Below are positions 1 to 10,913 of a DNA stretch of 64,000 nucleotides, piece after piece. Location: the NCBI GenBank assembly GCA_947450645.1, contig CANFWH010000008.1, positions 689 to 64,688 of the forward strand, given 5' to 3'. The stretch is from Comamonadaceae bacterium. Lineage in GTDB: Bacteria; Pseudomonadota; Gammaproteobacteria; Burkholderiales; Burkholderiaceae_C. Under the pieces are notes generated by a model. That model did not search any database. It worked only from the letters and a program-made list of their open reading frames with translations, and was not told the DNA's origin. Numbering within the stretch: the stretch's first letter is position 1; the number at the start of each line of letters is the position of its first letter. Made by a program: the position numbers and the translations under genes.

Positions 1-1
1 T

Positions 2-148
2 GCTTTTGTGCGAAGCTATATCATTCGTCTAGGGTTTTTAGATGGTGCACTGGGGTTTGTGGTGTGCCAAATGCAAGCGCAAGCTACTTTTTATAAATAT
101 TTTCAATTGTATTTTTTGAATCGCTCGACAAAACAAGCCATCACATGA
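2..148 (+). CDS. 3' end of an upstream gene, glycosyltransferase family 2-like C-terminus (partial, start outside window)
   Basis: Frame 2 is open from the window edge to TGA at 146-148. It reads AFVRSYIIRLGFLDGALGFVVCQMQAQATFYKYFQLYFL..., which resembles the R-x-GFLDG ... Y-x-KY tail typical of LPS-core type GT2 enzymes. Its TGA overlaps the tolB ATG (ATGA). It is absent from the ORF track because it has no start in the window. Confidence 0.45.
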   Translation, partial: AFVRSYIIRLGFLDGALGFVVCQMQAQATFYKYFQLYFLNRSTKQAIT

Positions 149-1485
149 CGAATTCTTTGACTCGCAGACAGGCACTCTTTCAGGCAGCCGCTCCGGCGCT
201 AGGCCTTTCTAGCATGGGTCTCGCGAGCCTGTCTGCTTATGCGCAGTTCCGAGTGGAAGTCTCTGGCATTGGTGCAACGCAGCTCCCGATTGCTGTTCCT
301 GCTTTTAGGGGAGACGATCTAGCGCCGCAAAAAGTGGGTGCGATTGTGCAGGCGGATCTGTTGCGATCAGGTGTATTTCGCACCATTGATGGCGTGAGCG
401 GCTTAGATGAAACTAATCACCCAGAATGGTCTCGCATTCGTTCGCTTGGCGCTGACACCTTGCTGGTGGGCAGCAATAACCGTTTGGCAGATGGCAGGTT
501 TGACATTAGATGCCGTCTTTGGGATGCTGTGCGTGGTGTTGAGTTGGGTGCGCAAAATATGGTGGTGAGCAGCACGGAGTTGCGCTATACCGCGCATCGC
601 CTAGCAGATTGGATTTATGAAAAACTAACAGGTGAAAAGGGCGTCGCCGCCACTCGCATTGCTTACATCACTAAAACGGGCGGTAGTTCTACACCGCCCA
701 GATTCAATTTATGGGTGGCCGACTCTGATGGTGAAGGTGCAAGCTCTGCGCTCGCTAGCAGTGAGCCGATTATTTCCCCAGCTTGGTCGCCCAGTGGTCA
801 GCAGCTAGCGTATGTGTCATTTGAGTCTCGTAAGCCCGTGGTGTATGTGCATGAAGTCGCAACAGGTCGCCGCCGTGTGATTGCCAATTTCAAAGGTTCG
901 AATAGTTCGCCTGCCTGGTCACCTGATGGACGTAATTTAATTGTTACATTGAGTCGTGATGGTGGGTCGCAAATGTTTTTGATTTCCGCCTCAGGCGGTG
1001 AACCTCATAAATTATCGAGCTCTCTTAGTATTGATACGGAGGCTGTTTTTGCGCCCGATGGACAAAATATTTATTTTGTGAGCGATCGTGGTGGTAGTCC
1101 GCAGATTTACCGTATGCCATTGAGTGGTGGTGCAGCGCAGCGGGTGAGCTTCTCTAGCAATTACAGCATTTCTCCAGCGATCAGTCCAAATGGAAAACAG
1201 CTTGCTTTCATTTCCCGAATAGGCGGCGCGTTTAAGTTGGTGATACAAGAGTTAACCTCGGGCTTGGTGCAGCCACTCACCGACACGGATGCAGATGAAA
1301 GCCCTAGCTTTAGTGCTAACGGCAAGCAAATCATATATGCGACACAAATTTCCAGCGCCGGTCGTTGGCAAGAAGCCTTAATGACGACTACCTTAGATGG
1401 CCGCGTGAAATCTAAATTAACTGCTGCACTTGGTGATATTCGCGAGCCCGATTGGGGTGTCTTTCAAGGCAGTGCTTTAAAGTAA
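145..1485 (+). CDS. tolB: Tol-Pal system beta-propeller protein TolB
   Basis: 446 aa with a signal peptide. Repeated SPAWSPDG / SPxxSPNG beta-propeller motifs are present, and pal and cpoB follow directly. Confidence 0.95.
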   Translation: MTNSLTRRQALFQAAAPALGLSSMGLASLSAYAQFRVEVSGIGATQLPIAVPAFRGDDLAPQKVGAIVQADLLRSGVFRTIDGVSGLDETNHPEWSRIRSLGADTLLVGSNNRLADGRFDIRCRLWDAVRGVELGAQNMVVSSTELRYTAHRLADWIYEKLTGEKGVAATRIAYITKTGGSSTPPRFNLWVADSDGEGASSALASSEPIISPAWSPSGQQLAYVSFESRKPVVYVHEVATGRRRVIANFKGSNSSPAWSPDGRNLIVTLSRDGGSQMFLISASGGEPHKLSSSLSIDTEAVFAPDGQNIYFVSDRGGSPQIYRMPLSGGAAQRVSFSSNYSISPAISPNGKQLAFISRIGGAFKLVIQELTSGLVQPLTDTDADESPSFSANGKQIIYATQISSAGRWQEALMTTTLDGRVKSKLTAALGDIREPDWGVFQGSALK

Positions 1486-1506
1486 TTTTTAACCTAGGAG
1501 TTCTTA

Positions 1507-2019
1507 ATGTTCCATACCAAATTACTTTTACTGGCTTTTAGTGCTGCCCTGCTTGTGGCTTGCGGGACTAAAGTGCCTATTACCGAACCCGCGAAAGTGG
1601 AAGATCGTGCGCCCGAGCCAGTTGCGCCACCACCTGCGCCAGTTGCGCCGCGTGAAATCATGCCCGTAGAAGCGCCCCCTCCAGCTGTGGTGACCCCAGG
1701 TGTCGTGTACTTTGACTTTGACAGCTACGTTGTGAAGCCGGAATACCAAAACGTTCTTGAGGCGCAGGCGAAGTTTTTAGCCTCTAATCGCAATGCCAAA
1801 GTGTCGTTGGGTGGGCATACGGATGACCAAGGTGGCCGCGAATACAACTTGGCACTCGGCCAGAAACGTGCCGATGCTGTCAAGCGCGCACTGTCTATTT
1901 TGGGCGTGACTGAGTCGCAAATGGAGGCGGTTAGCTTCGGTAAAGAAAAGCCTGCTAGCCCAGGAACAGATGATGCATCACGGGCGAAGAATCGCCGTGT
2001 TGAGATTGCCGCGCCTTAA
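1507..2019 (+). CDS. pal: Peptidoglycan-associated lipoprotein Pal (OmpA-like domain)
   Basis: Lipobox LLVAC, a Pro/Ala-rich linker, and an OmpA-C domain (GHTDDQGGREYNLALGQKRA ... NRRVEI). Located between tolB and cpoB. Confidence 0.95.
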   Translation: MFHTKLLLLAFSAALLVACGTKVPITEPAKVEDRAPEPVAPPPAPVAPREIMPVEAPPPAVVTPGVVYFDFDSYVVKPEYQNVLEAQAKFLASNRNAKVSLGGHTDDQGGREYNLALGQKRADAVKRALSILGVTESQMEAVSFGKEKPASPGTDDASRAKNRRVEIAAP

Positions 2020-2024
2020 TTTTT

Positions 2025-2846
2025 TTGAATATGAATGACATGCTGGTGAGCGCTGCCAACTTTAAATTTCGCGCCTTGCTTTTAACGTTGTTACTGGTAT
2101 GTGCTCCAAGTAGCTTTGCTGGTCTTTTTGATGATGAAGAGGCGCGCAAAGCTGTTCTGGATTTACGACAAAAAGTAGAGGCAATAGATCAAGCGCGTAT
2201 TAAAGATAAAGAGACACTTCAAGGCGCTGATGGTTTGCAAAGCGTACGCGACGATAACGTTCAGCTTAAGCGAAGCTTGCTCGACTTGCAAACTACGATT
2301 GAGCAACTACGAGTTGACTTGTCTAAGCAAGTTGGTCAGCAAGAGCAGCTTGCCAAAGACGTGAGCGAGTTACAGCGTCGCCAGCGTGATTTGGCTCAAG
2401 GTGTGGATGATCGGATGCGCAGGCTTGAGCCTATTAAGGTGAATCTTGATGGCAAGGAATTTTTCGCAGATCCAAATGAGGTTAAAGAGTTTGATGCGGC
2501 GTTAGCTTTGCTGCGTAAAAGCGATTTCAAATCAGCGACGCAATCGTTTATTGATTTTTTACGGCGTTATCCGCAAAGTGGCTATCAATCATTGGGTTTG
2601 TTTTGGTTAGGGAGTGCGCAGTATGCGACACGTGATTACCGTGAAGCGATTACCAATTTCAAATCTTCTGCAGACGGCAATCCAACGTCTAGCAAAGCGC
2701 CTGAAGCTTTATTAGCTATGGCTAATAGCCAAATGGAACTGAAGGATGTGCGCTCTGCACGGCGCACACTGGAAGATTTAATCAAACTGTACCCTCAGTC
2801 AGAGGCGGCAGTTGCGGGTAAAGATCGCCTAGCTAAGCTCAAATAA
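2025..2846 (+). CDS. cpoB: Tol-Pal system protein CpoB/YbgF (coiled coil plus TPR)
   Basis: Signal peptide, coiled-coil N-terminal half, and a TPR-like C-terminal half (YPQS.Y...LFWLG.AQYA). It has the conserved position after pal. Confidence 0.85.
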   Translation: MNMNDMLVSAANFKFRALLLTLLLVCAPSSFAGLFDDEEARKAVLDLRQKVEAIDQARIKDKETLQGADGLQSVRDDNVQLKRSLLDLQTTIEQLRVDLSKQVGQQEQLAKDVSELQRRQRDLAQGVDDRMRRLEPIKVNLDGKEFFADPNEVKEFDAALALLRKSDFKSATQSFIDFLRRYPQSGYQSLGLFWLGSAQYATRDYREAITNFKSSADGNPTSSKAPEALLAMANSQMELKDVRSARRTLEDLIKLYPQSEAAVAGKDRLAKLK

Positions 2847-2861
2847 AAAGGAGTTCGCTCT

Positions 2862-3944
2862 ATGCCTGTAACGCTAGATGCCTCGACGATTGCTGTGCTG
2901 ACCCAGCAGGTACTGGGGGCGACGCTTGTTTTGTCAGCCCTATTTGGCTTTGCGGCGCAGCGTAGTCATTTTTGTACGATGGGTGCAGTCAGCGACATCG
3001 TCAATATGCAAGATTGGACCAGAATGCATATGTGGGCGGTTGCGATTGCGATTGCTGTATTAGGTTTTTCTGGTATGTCTTACTTGGGTGTTATCGCTCC
3101 AGAAAAAGCGCTATATGTAAGTCCAAAAGTACTTTGGCTATCGACCTTAGTCGGTGGTTTGATGTTTGGTTTTGGTATGGTACTGGCTTCTGGTTGTGGT
3201 AACAAAACCTTGCTGCGGATCAGTGCGGGGAACCTCAAATCGCTGGTGGTGTTTATGGTGATGGGCATCGCTGCGTTTGCAACGCTCAAGGGCATTACGG
3301 CTGTGGTGCGTGTCAATACGGTCGATTTGTTTAGTTTTACCGCACCAACCTTATCCATCCCTATGCGGCTAATTGTGTCTAGCCTGTTGGCTTTCGTTTT
3401 GCTAATTTGGGCTTTGCGCAATCCACATATGCGCTCGCTATCTGCTTTGCTGCCTAGCTTAGTTATTGGAGGTGTGATTGTTGGCGTTTGGTACGTCAGT
3501 GGACGCTTGGGTTATGTGCAAGAGCATCCAGACACGCTTCAAGAAGCTTTTTTAGCGACTAACTCTGGACGCATGGAGTCGCTCAGTTTTGTCGCGCCTA
3601 TTGCCTATTTACTGGATTGGCTGATGATGTTTAGCGACAAAAGCAAAGTTTTGACCCTTGGCATGGTCAGTGTTGTTGGTGTGATGCTAGGTGGATTTTT
3701 AGAAGCACAAATCTCCAAAACTTTTCGCTGGGAAGGCTTTGCTTCTACGGAAGACGTGACCAATCATTTAGTGGGTGCTGTGTTGATGGGGATTGGCGGT
3801 GTGACTGCCATGGGCTGCACCATTGGCCAAGGTTTATCGGGTATATCTACACTTGCTCTGGGTAGCTTCATTGCGCTTGCAGGCATTTTGTTAGGTGCTG
3901 TGAGCGCATTTAAATATCAAATATGGCGCTTAGATCGAATGTGA
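2862..3944 (+). CDS. YeeE/YedE family inner-membrane protein (putative thiosulfate/sulfur-compound transporter)
   Basis: 360 aa and polytopic. It carries the paired conserved Cys-containing segments typical of the family (AQRSHFCTMGA, ASGCGNKTL, AMGCTIGQG). Confidence 0.8.
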   Translation: MPVTLDASTIAVLTQQVLGATLVLSALFGFAAQRSHFCTMGAVSDIVNMQDWTRMHMWAVAIAIAVLGFSGMSYLGVIAPEKALYVSPKVLWLSTLVGGLMFGFGMVLASGCGNKTLLRISAGNLKSLVVFMVMGIAAFATLKGITAVVRVNTVDLFSFTAPTLSIPMRLIVSSLLAFVLLIWALRNPHMRSLSALLPSLVIGGVIVGVWYVSGRLGYVQEHPDTLQEAFLATNSGRMESLSFVAPIAYLLDWLMMFSDKSKVLTLGMVSVVGVMLGGFLEAQISKTFRWEGFASTEDVTNHLVGAVLMGIGGVTAMGCTIGQGLSGISTLALGSFIALAGILLGAVSAFKYQIWRLDRM

Positions 3945-4750
3945 ATCCAAGTGCGGATCACGAGCGCCGTTTTGGCGCATTGGCGAGGCTGTACGGTGCG
4001 CAGGGCGCAGTTCAAATTTTTGCAGCACATGTTGTCGTTGTGGGCATTGGAGGGGTTGGCTCTTGGAGCGCAGAAACACTGATCCGCAGCGGCGTAGGGC
4101 GCATCACTCTAATCGATATGGATCATGTGTCCGAGTCCAATATCAATAGACAAATCCACGCTTTAGGCGTAACCCTTGGTAGAGCCAAAATTGAAGCTAT
4201 GCGTGATCGTATGGCTGACATCAATCCTGATTGCCATATTCATTTAATCGATGACTTTGTGACTCCCGAGAATTGGCACACCATGTTGTCACATATACAA
4301 TCTTTTGCACCAGTGCAGGGCGTTATTGACGCTTGCGACCAGGTGGCAGCCAAAACAACTTTATCAGCATGGGCATTGACACAAAAAAAAATGGCATTTA
4401 TCGCCGTTGGTGCAGCAGGAGGTAAGCGACAGGCAGAGCTTGTGAAAATCAGTGATGTGTCCCAAACGACGAACGACCCACTGCTGTCGAAGATGCGGTA
4501 CAACTTGCGTCGCCATTACAGCGCTCCTCGCGAAGGCAAGCTGGGCGTGACCTGTGTCTATAGCGAGGAGTCTGTGCAGCAACCGCTTCAAAGCTCAATT
4601 ACTGAAGCGTGTGAGGTCAATGTAGTATCCGATGGCTCGCTCAATTGTCATGGATTTGGCTCTACTGTTAGCGTGACCGCAACATTTGGTTTTTGCGCAG
4701 CAGGTTGGATCATAAGAATGCTTGCCAAATTACCTAAAACGACGCTATAA
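3923..4750 (+). CDS. tcdA: tRNA threonylcarbamoyladenosine dehydratase TcdA (ThiF/E1-like)
   Basis: ThiF-type nucleotide-binding loop VVVVGIGGVGSW, with DMDHVSESNINRQ. The length and order match TcdA/CsdL. An alternative GTG start at 3941 forms GTGA with the YeeE stop. Confidence 0.8.
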   Translation: MALRSNVNPSADHERRFGALARLYGAQGAVQIFAAHVVVVGIGGVGSWSAETLIRSGVGRITLIDMDHVSESNINRQIHALGVTLGRAKIEAMRDRMADINPDCHIHLIDDFVTPENWHTMLSHIQSFAPVQGVIDACDQVAAKTTLSAWALTQKKMAFIAVGAAGGKRQAELVKISDVSQTTNDPLLSKMRYNLRRHYSAPREGKLGVTCVYSEESVQQPLQSSITEACEVNVVSDGSLNCHGFGSTVSVTATFGFCAAGWIIRMLAKLPKTTL

Positions 4751-4778
4751 TCGAAGGCTTTGCTGCAAAGCGAAGTAT

Positions 4779-4854
4779 GGGATGTTAGCTCAGTTGGTAG
4801 AGCAGCGGACTTTTAATCCGTTTGTCGTGGGTTCGACCCCCGCACATCCCACCA
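4779..4854 (+). tRNA. tRNA-Lys (anticodon UUU)
   Basis: 76 nt. The GGGATGT/ACATCCC acceptor stem, anticodon loop CTTTTAA, GGTTCGA T-loop, and encoded CCA were all read directly. The 121-aa ORF 4722..5087 spanning it is spurious. Confidence 0.95.
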
Positions 4855-4871
4855 ACTCAATCAATAGAATC

Positions 4872-4906
4872 AAGGGTTTACGAGATATCGTAAACCCTTT
4901 TTCTTT
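4872..4906 (+). terminator. Rho-independent terminator after tRNA-Lys
   Basis: Perfect 12-bp stem AAGGGTTTACGA / TCGTAAACCCTT with a GATA loop, followed by TTTTCTTT. Confidence 0.85.
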
Positions 4907-4962
4907 GGTACACTTAACATTTGCTTGGTGTGCGCTAGATAAGGCGCAATTCAAAGGAACTT

Positions 4963-5928
4963 ATGCGAATAATTCATTTCTTTTTGATCGTTTTAGCTTT
5001 AGCGTTTGCTATCAACGTACAAGCTGTTACGCCGCAAAAAACAACGCCTGCTTCAGCCAAGCAGGTAAAAAAATTGAACATAGCTAGCAAAAAGATCATC
5101 CGCTCCAAACGCTTGGCGCGTGTCGCTTACGAGGGGCCGTCAATGGGTCGTCTCACTGGGCTGCACAGCACGGCTGATGAACTTGATCTCAAATCCAGTG
5201 TTGCATTAGTGGTGGATCAAGATACGCATGAAGTTCTATTTAGCAAAAACGACTCAGCTATCCTTCCGATTGCTTCGATTACTAAATTGATGACAGGCGT
5301 TGTCCTAAGCGAAGCTAATTTGCCGATGAATGAAGTTATTACGATTAGCCAAGAAGATGTTCAAAACGCTAGTTTTTCACGCTTGAAAGCAGGAACATCC
5401 ATGACTCGTCAAGAGATGTTGCATCTTGCTTTGATGTCGAGTGAAAATCGTGCTGCGTATGCCTTGGGACGTACTTATCCAGGTGGTTTGGCTGAGTTTG
5501 TGCAATTGATGAATGCCAAAGCATTGATGTTGGGAATGACGAACACTCACTATGTCGAGCCGACTGGCTTGTCTAGCGACAATCGATCTACGGCGCAAGA
5601 CTTGGCTAAATTAGTTGCATTCGCTTCACAAAATGCCACTGTGAGCGAGTTCACGACTTCGCATGGTTATCAGCTAGCTGTTGGCAAGCGAACAATGAAT
5701 TACGTCAACACGAATCGTTTGACGTCGAATCCTAATTGGGATATTGAAGTTCAAAAGACAGGCTATATCACCGCCGCTGGGCGCTGTTTGGTGATGCAAA
5801 CCAAGGTTGCGGGTCGTAAGTTAGTCATGGTGTTCTTGGACTCAATGGGTAAATACTCTCGACTTGGTGATGCCGAGCGTGTCCGCGCATGGGTAGAGAG
5901 CCGTCCTGCTAACGTTCCGCACGTTTAA
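4963..5928 (+). CDS. pbpG: D-alanyl-D-alanine endopeptidase/carboxypeptidase, peptidase S11 (PBP7-like)
   Basis: Signal peptide, plus the SxxK (SITKLMT), SxN (SSENRA) and KTG (QKTGYI) penicillin-binding motifs. Confidence 0.85.
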   Translation: MRIIHFFLIVLALAFAINVQAVTPQKTTPASAKQVKKLNIASKKIIRSKRLARVAYEGPSMGRLTGLHSTADELDLKSSVALVVDQDTHEVLFSKNDSAILPIASITKLMTGVVLSEANLPMNEVITISQEDVQNASFSRLKAGTSMTRQEMLHLALMSSENRAAYALGRTYPGGLAEFVQLMNAKALMLGMTNTHYVEPTGLSSDNRSTAQDLAKLVAFASQNATVSEFTTSHGYQLAVGKRTMNYVNTNRLTSNPNWDIEVQKTGYITAAGRCLVMQTKVAGRKLVMVFLDSMGKYSRLGDAERVRAWVESRPANVPHV

Positions 5929-5941
5929 TTTAGCAGTGCCT

Positions 5942-6697
5942 CTAGGCTTGATAACCGAGAGCCGCTGATATTGATTCCGTCGTATCCTGCAACACAGCTA
6001 TCCAGTCAGTTTTGAGTCGCTCAGTTGGCGCGGAAATGGAGAGTCCCGCAATCAACTCTCCGCGATCGTTGTGAATGGCGGATGCGATGCACCTAACGCC
6101 TAATTCCAATTCTTCTTTGTCATAAGCCGCGTGAGCCTTCACAACATTTTTAAGCTCTTTTTTTAGTAGTTCCAAACTAGTAATGCTATTGGGAGTTTGG
6201 CCTTTCAGCCCTGTTCTTTCCGCATAGGATTTGAGTTGATCTTCTGTATCATGTGATAAAAAAAGTTTACCGACGGATGTGAGGTGCAGCGGTGCACGAC
6301 CACCAATCGCGCGTACCACCTGCATCCCCGAGCGTTCCGAATACGCACGGTCAATGTACACAATGCTATCGCCTTGCCGAACGCTTAAGGAAACGGGTTG
6401 CCCCAGCTTATCGTGCAGCGCACGCATAGGCGCGAGTGCAGCTTCACGCACATCGAGGCGGCTTTTGACTAAATTACCTAGCTCTAAAAATCGCAGACCT
6501 AATCGGTATACACCCGCTTGTGGACGCTCCACATAGCGACCAATGACCAGATCACTCAAAATGCGATGCGTGGTCGACGGATGCAGCCCTGCTAGCTCAC
6601 TCAGTTCTTTTAAATTAAGCGATTGAGAGCGCTTGGCCAAAATATCGACCAGCAAAAACATGCGTTCAAAAACTTGGATGGTGGGCTTAACTGACAT
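5942..6697 (-). CDS. IclR family transcriptional regulator
   Basis: 251 aa. N-terminal winged HTH (LNLKELSELAGLHPSTTHRIL) followed by an IclR-type effector domain. Confidence 0.85.
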   Translation of the reverse strand: MSVKPTIQVFERMFLLVDILAKRSQSLNLKELSELAGLHPSTTHRILSDLVIGRYVERPQAGVYRLGLRFLELGNLVKSRLDVREAALAPMRALHDKLGQPVSLSVRQGDSIVYIDRAYSERSGMQVVRAIGGRAPLHLTSVGKLFLSHDTEDQLKSYAERTGLKGQTPNSITSLELLKKELKNVVKAHAAYDKEELELGVRCIASAIHNDRGELIAGLSISAPTERLKTDWIAVLQDTTESISAALGYQA

Positions 6698-7391
6698 GTC
6701 TTGATCTTACTAACATCGCCAGAAAGGATTCGCGCGCTATCGGCTTGGCGCCAAGGCTAGCCAGATGCGTCGTTTGTTGCTGGCAATCAATCCACTCAAT
6801 CCCTTTGGATTTGCACCAATCAACAAGCGCGGCTAGCGCAATTTTTGATGCATTCGTTTGTAGCGAAAACATGGACTCGCCAAACACGGCATTGCCTATC
6901 TGCGTAAAGTACAGCCCGCCCACCAATTTGCCATTAACCCAAGTCTCCACGCTATGCGCGTAGCCAGCCTCGTGCAATCGAATGTAGGCATCCGTCATGG
7001 GAGGCAAAATCCAAGTGCCTTGTTGTCCAGCCCTTGCTGTTTGGGCGCAGTGGGCAATGACCTCTGGAAAGGCCGTATCCATCAGGCTTGCAGAGGATGG
7101 GTCTGCGCGAAACCTTGCCAGCGCTTGCTTCAAAGATCGATGCAGTTTGAAATCAGCCACCTTTAAGACCATGCGTGGATTAGGCGACCACCACAAAATC
7201 GGTTCGCCCTTGCTATACCAAGGGAAGATGCCTTGGCTATAAGCCGCGACTAGGCGCTCAACTGATAAATCCGCGCCTGCGCACAGCAGGCCTGAGATCG
7301 GATCCGCTTCGCCCCAAGCCTGCGCTACAGGCGGGAAGGGCGAATTGACCCCGAGAACGGGCAGTTGGCGAACGGGCGGGAGGTGACTCAT
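6687..7391 (-). CDS. aat: Leucyl/phenylalanyl-tRNA--protein transferase
   Basis: 234 aa with the characteristic YSQGIFPWY ... PILWWSPNPRMVL and GESMFS motifs. Confidence 0.9.
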   Translation of the reverse strand: MSHLPPVRQLPVLGVNSPFPPVAQAWGEADPISGLLCAGADLSVERLVAAYSQGIFPWYSKGEPILWWSPNPRMVLKVADFKLHRSLKQALARFRADPSSASLMDTAFPEVIAHCAQTARAGQQGTWILPPMTDAYIRLHEAGYAHSVETWVNGKLVGGLYFTQIGNAVFGESMFSLQTNASKIALAALVDWCKSKGIEWIDCQQQTTHLASLGAKPIARESFLAMLVRSRHVS

Positions 7392-7406
7392 ATTGACACC
7401 TCAAGT

Positions 7407-8042
7407 TTACGCCGCCGCCTCTTGCCCACTTTCAATATGTGCTCGCATGGCCGTTTGTGCCGCCACGGCATCGCGCTTTTTTAGCGCCGCCATGATGGCG
7501 CTGTGCTCGGCGAGCGATTCTTCAATCCGTCCTGCTTTGAGTAGCGATTGCGCACGGTTGAGCTTCATCACTTTGCGTAAATCAGCCACCATCTGGTCAC
7601 GCCAGCGGTTATTGGCGACTTCTAGCAGCTTGACGTGAAAGGCTTCGTTGATAGTAAAAAATTTGACACGGTCTTTGGTTGATTTCTCTAACTGATGGTG
7701 CAAAGCGTTCAGCTCTTCAAGCTGCTCGTCTGTGGCCGTTTGCGCTACGGTGGCCGCTGCATCGGCTTCTAGCACGGCCATCAGATGAAAGACATCGCGC
7801 AGATCCTTGTCGTTCACCTCGGTCACATAAGCACCACGCCGCATCTTCATGGTAATGAGGCCTTCAGTTGCCAGTACCTTGATGGCTTCGCGTAACGGCG
7901 TGCGGCTAATCTCCAGTTCGGTCGCAATTTTGAGCTCGTCAACCCAATCGCCAGGAGCGAGTTCGCGACTAAAAATACGCCCGCGTAGCAATTCAGCTAC
8001 TTCCTCGTAGAGTGCTCGGGGCTTTAAGCGGTTGTGTTCCAT
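7407..8042 (-). CDS. GntR family transcriptional regulator (FCD domain)
   Basis: N-terminal GntR wHTH (ELKIATELEISRTPLREAIKVLATEGLI) and an all-helical FCD-like C-terminal domain. It is divergent from the methylmalonyl pathway operon. Confidence 0.85.
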   Translation of the reverse strand: MEHNRLKPRALYEEVAELLRGRIFSRELAPGDWVDELKIATELEISRTPLREAIKVLATEGLITMKMRRGAYVTEVNDKDLRDVFHLMAVLEADAAATVAQTATDEQLEELNALHHQLEKSTKDRVKFFTINEAFHVKLLEVANNRWRDQMVADLRKVMKLNRAQSLLKAGRIEESLAEHSAIMAALKKRDAVAAQTAMRAHIESGQEAAA

Positions 8043-8112
8043 ACCATCTAGTTTACACGAAACTGAATTTTGAATTCATAATTACAGATAAATAATTGAG
8101 TAGAATTGCGAA

Positions 8113-10316
<2,204 letters not shown>

Positions 10317-10320
<4 letters not shown>

Positions 10321-10913
10321 GTCAGATCAAAATGAAGTTACTCAACGTTGGGGGTAATGATCGAAGGGTCCTTTTGCCGCCAGAGTTTGAAGATTTTGAA
10401 CATTTGCTTCTGGATATTGATCCTGTCGCAAAGCCCGATGTACTTTGTGATGCACGCGAAATGATGCAGCATCTTGAAGCCAATCAATTCGATGTGGTGT
10501 ATTGCTCGCACAACCTTGAGCATTACTACGAGCACGATGTGAAAAAAGTACTCACGAGTTTTTGGCATGTGCTGAAGGATGGCGGTATGTTGGTCGCTCG
10601 CGTTCCAGACATGGGAGCGGTGATGCGGCATGCTGTTGCTCAGGATATGGATATAGACGATGCGTTGTACCAATCCCCTGCGGGTCCTATCCGTGTGTTG
10701 GATGTCATGTATGGTTGGAGTGCGCAAATTGAGCGAAGTGGGGTTGAGTTTTTTGCACATAAAACTGGATTTACAGTGAAATCATTAGTTTTGAGAATTC
10801 AAAATGCAGGCTTTGTAGATGTGTATATGGCTACTCAGAACTTAGAGATTAGAGTCTGGGCTTTTAAAAATACGGCTCGTGCAGATTTGCTGGCAAAAGT
10901 GCCTAAAAATTAA
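10317..10913 (+). CDS. Class I SAM-dependent methyltransferase-like protein, function unknown
   Basis: 198 aa with a Methyltransf_11/23-like layout (LNVGGN... DIDP... [13 protein letters not shown] ... [13 protein letters not shown]) and a degenerate glycine loop. The start overlaps the mutase stop (ATGA), and the stop abuts the meaB ATG (TAAATG). It is clearly AT-richer than its neighbours. Confidence 0.6.

Noticed and set aside
4722-5087. 121-aa plus-strand ORF
   Set aside because: It reads straight through the tRNA-Lys gene and its terminator, so it is not coding.
4779-5928. tRNA-Lys as a possible genomic-island integration site
   Set aside because: No integrase, no direct repeat of the tRNA 3' end, and no compositional shift were noticed downstream. 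The next gene is an ordinary PBP7-like endopeptidase.
8049-8063. Inverted repeat AGTTT-N5-AAACT (and GAATT-TTG-AATTC at 8064-8076) as a GntR operator in the regulator/mutase divergent region
   Set aside because: The arms are only 5 bp in an AT-rich spacer, and they do not clearly fit the GT-Nx-AC GntR/FadR pattern. This is too weak to call without comparative data.
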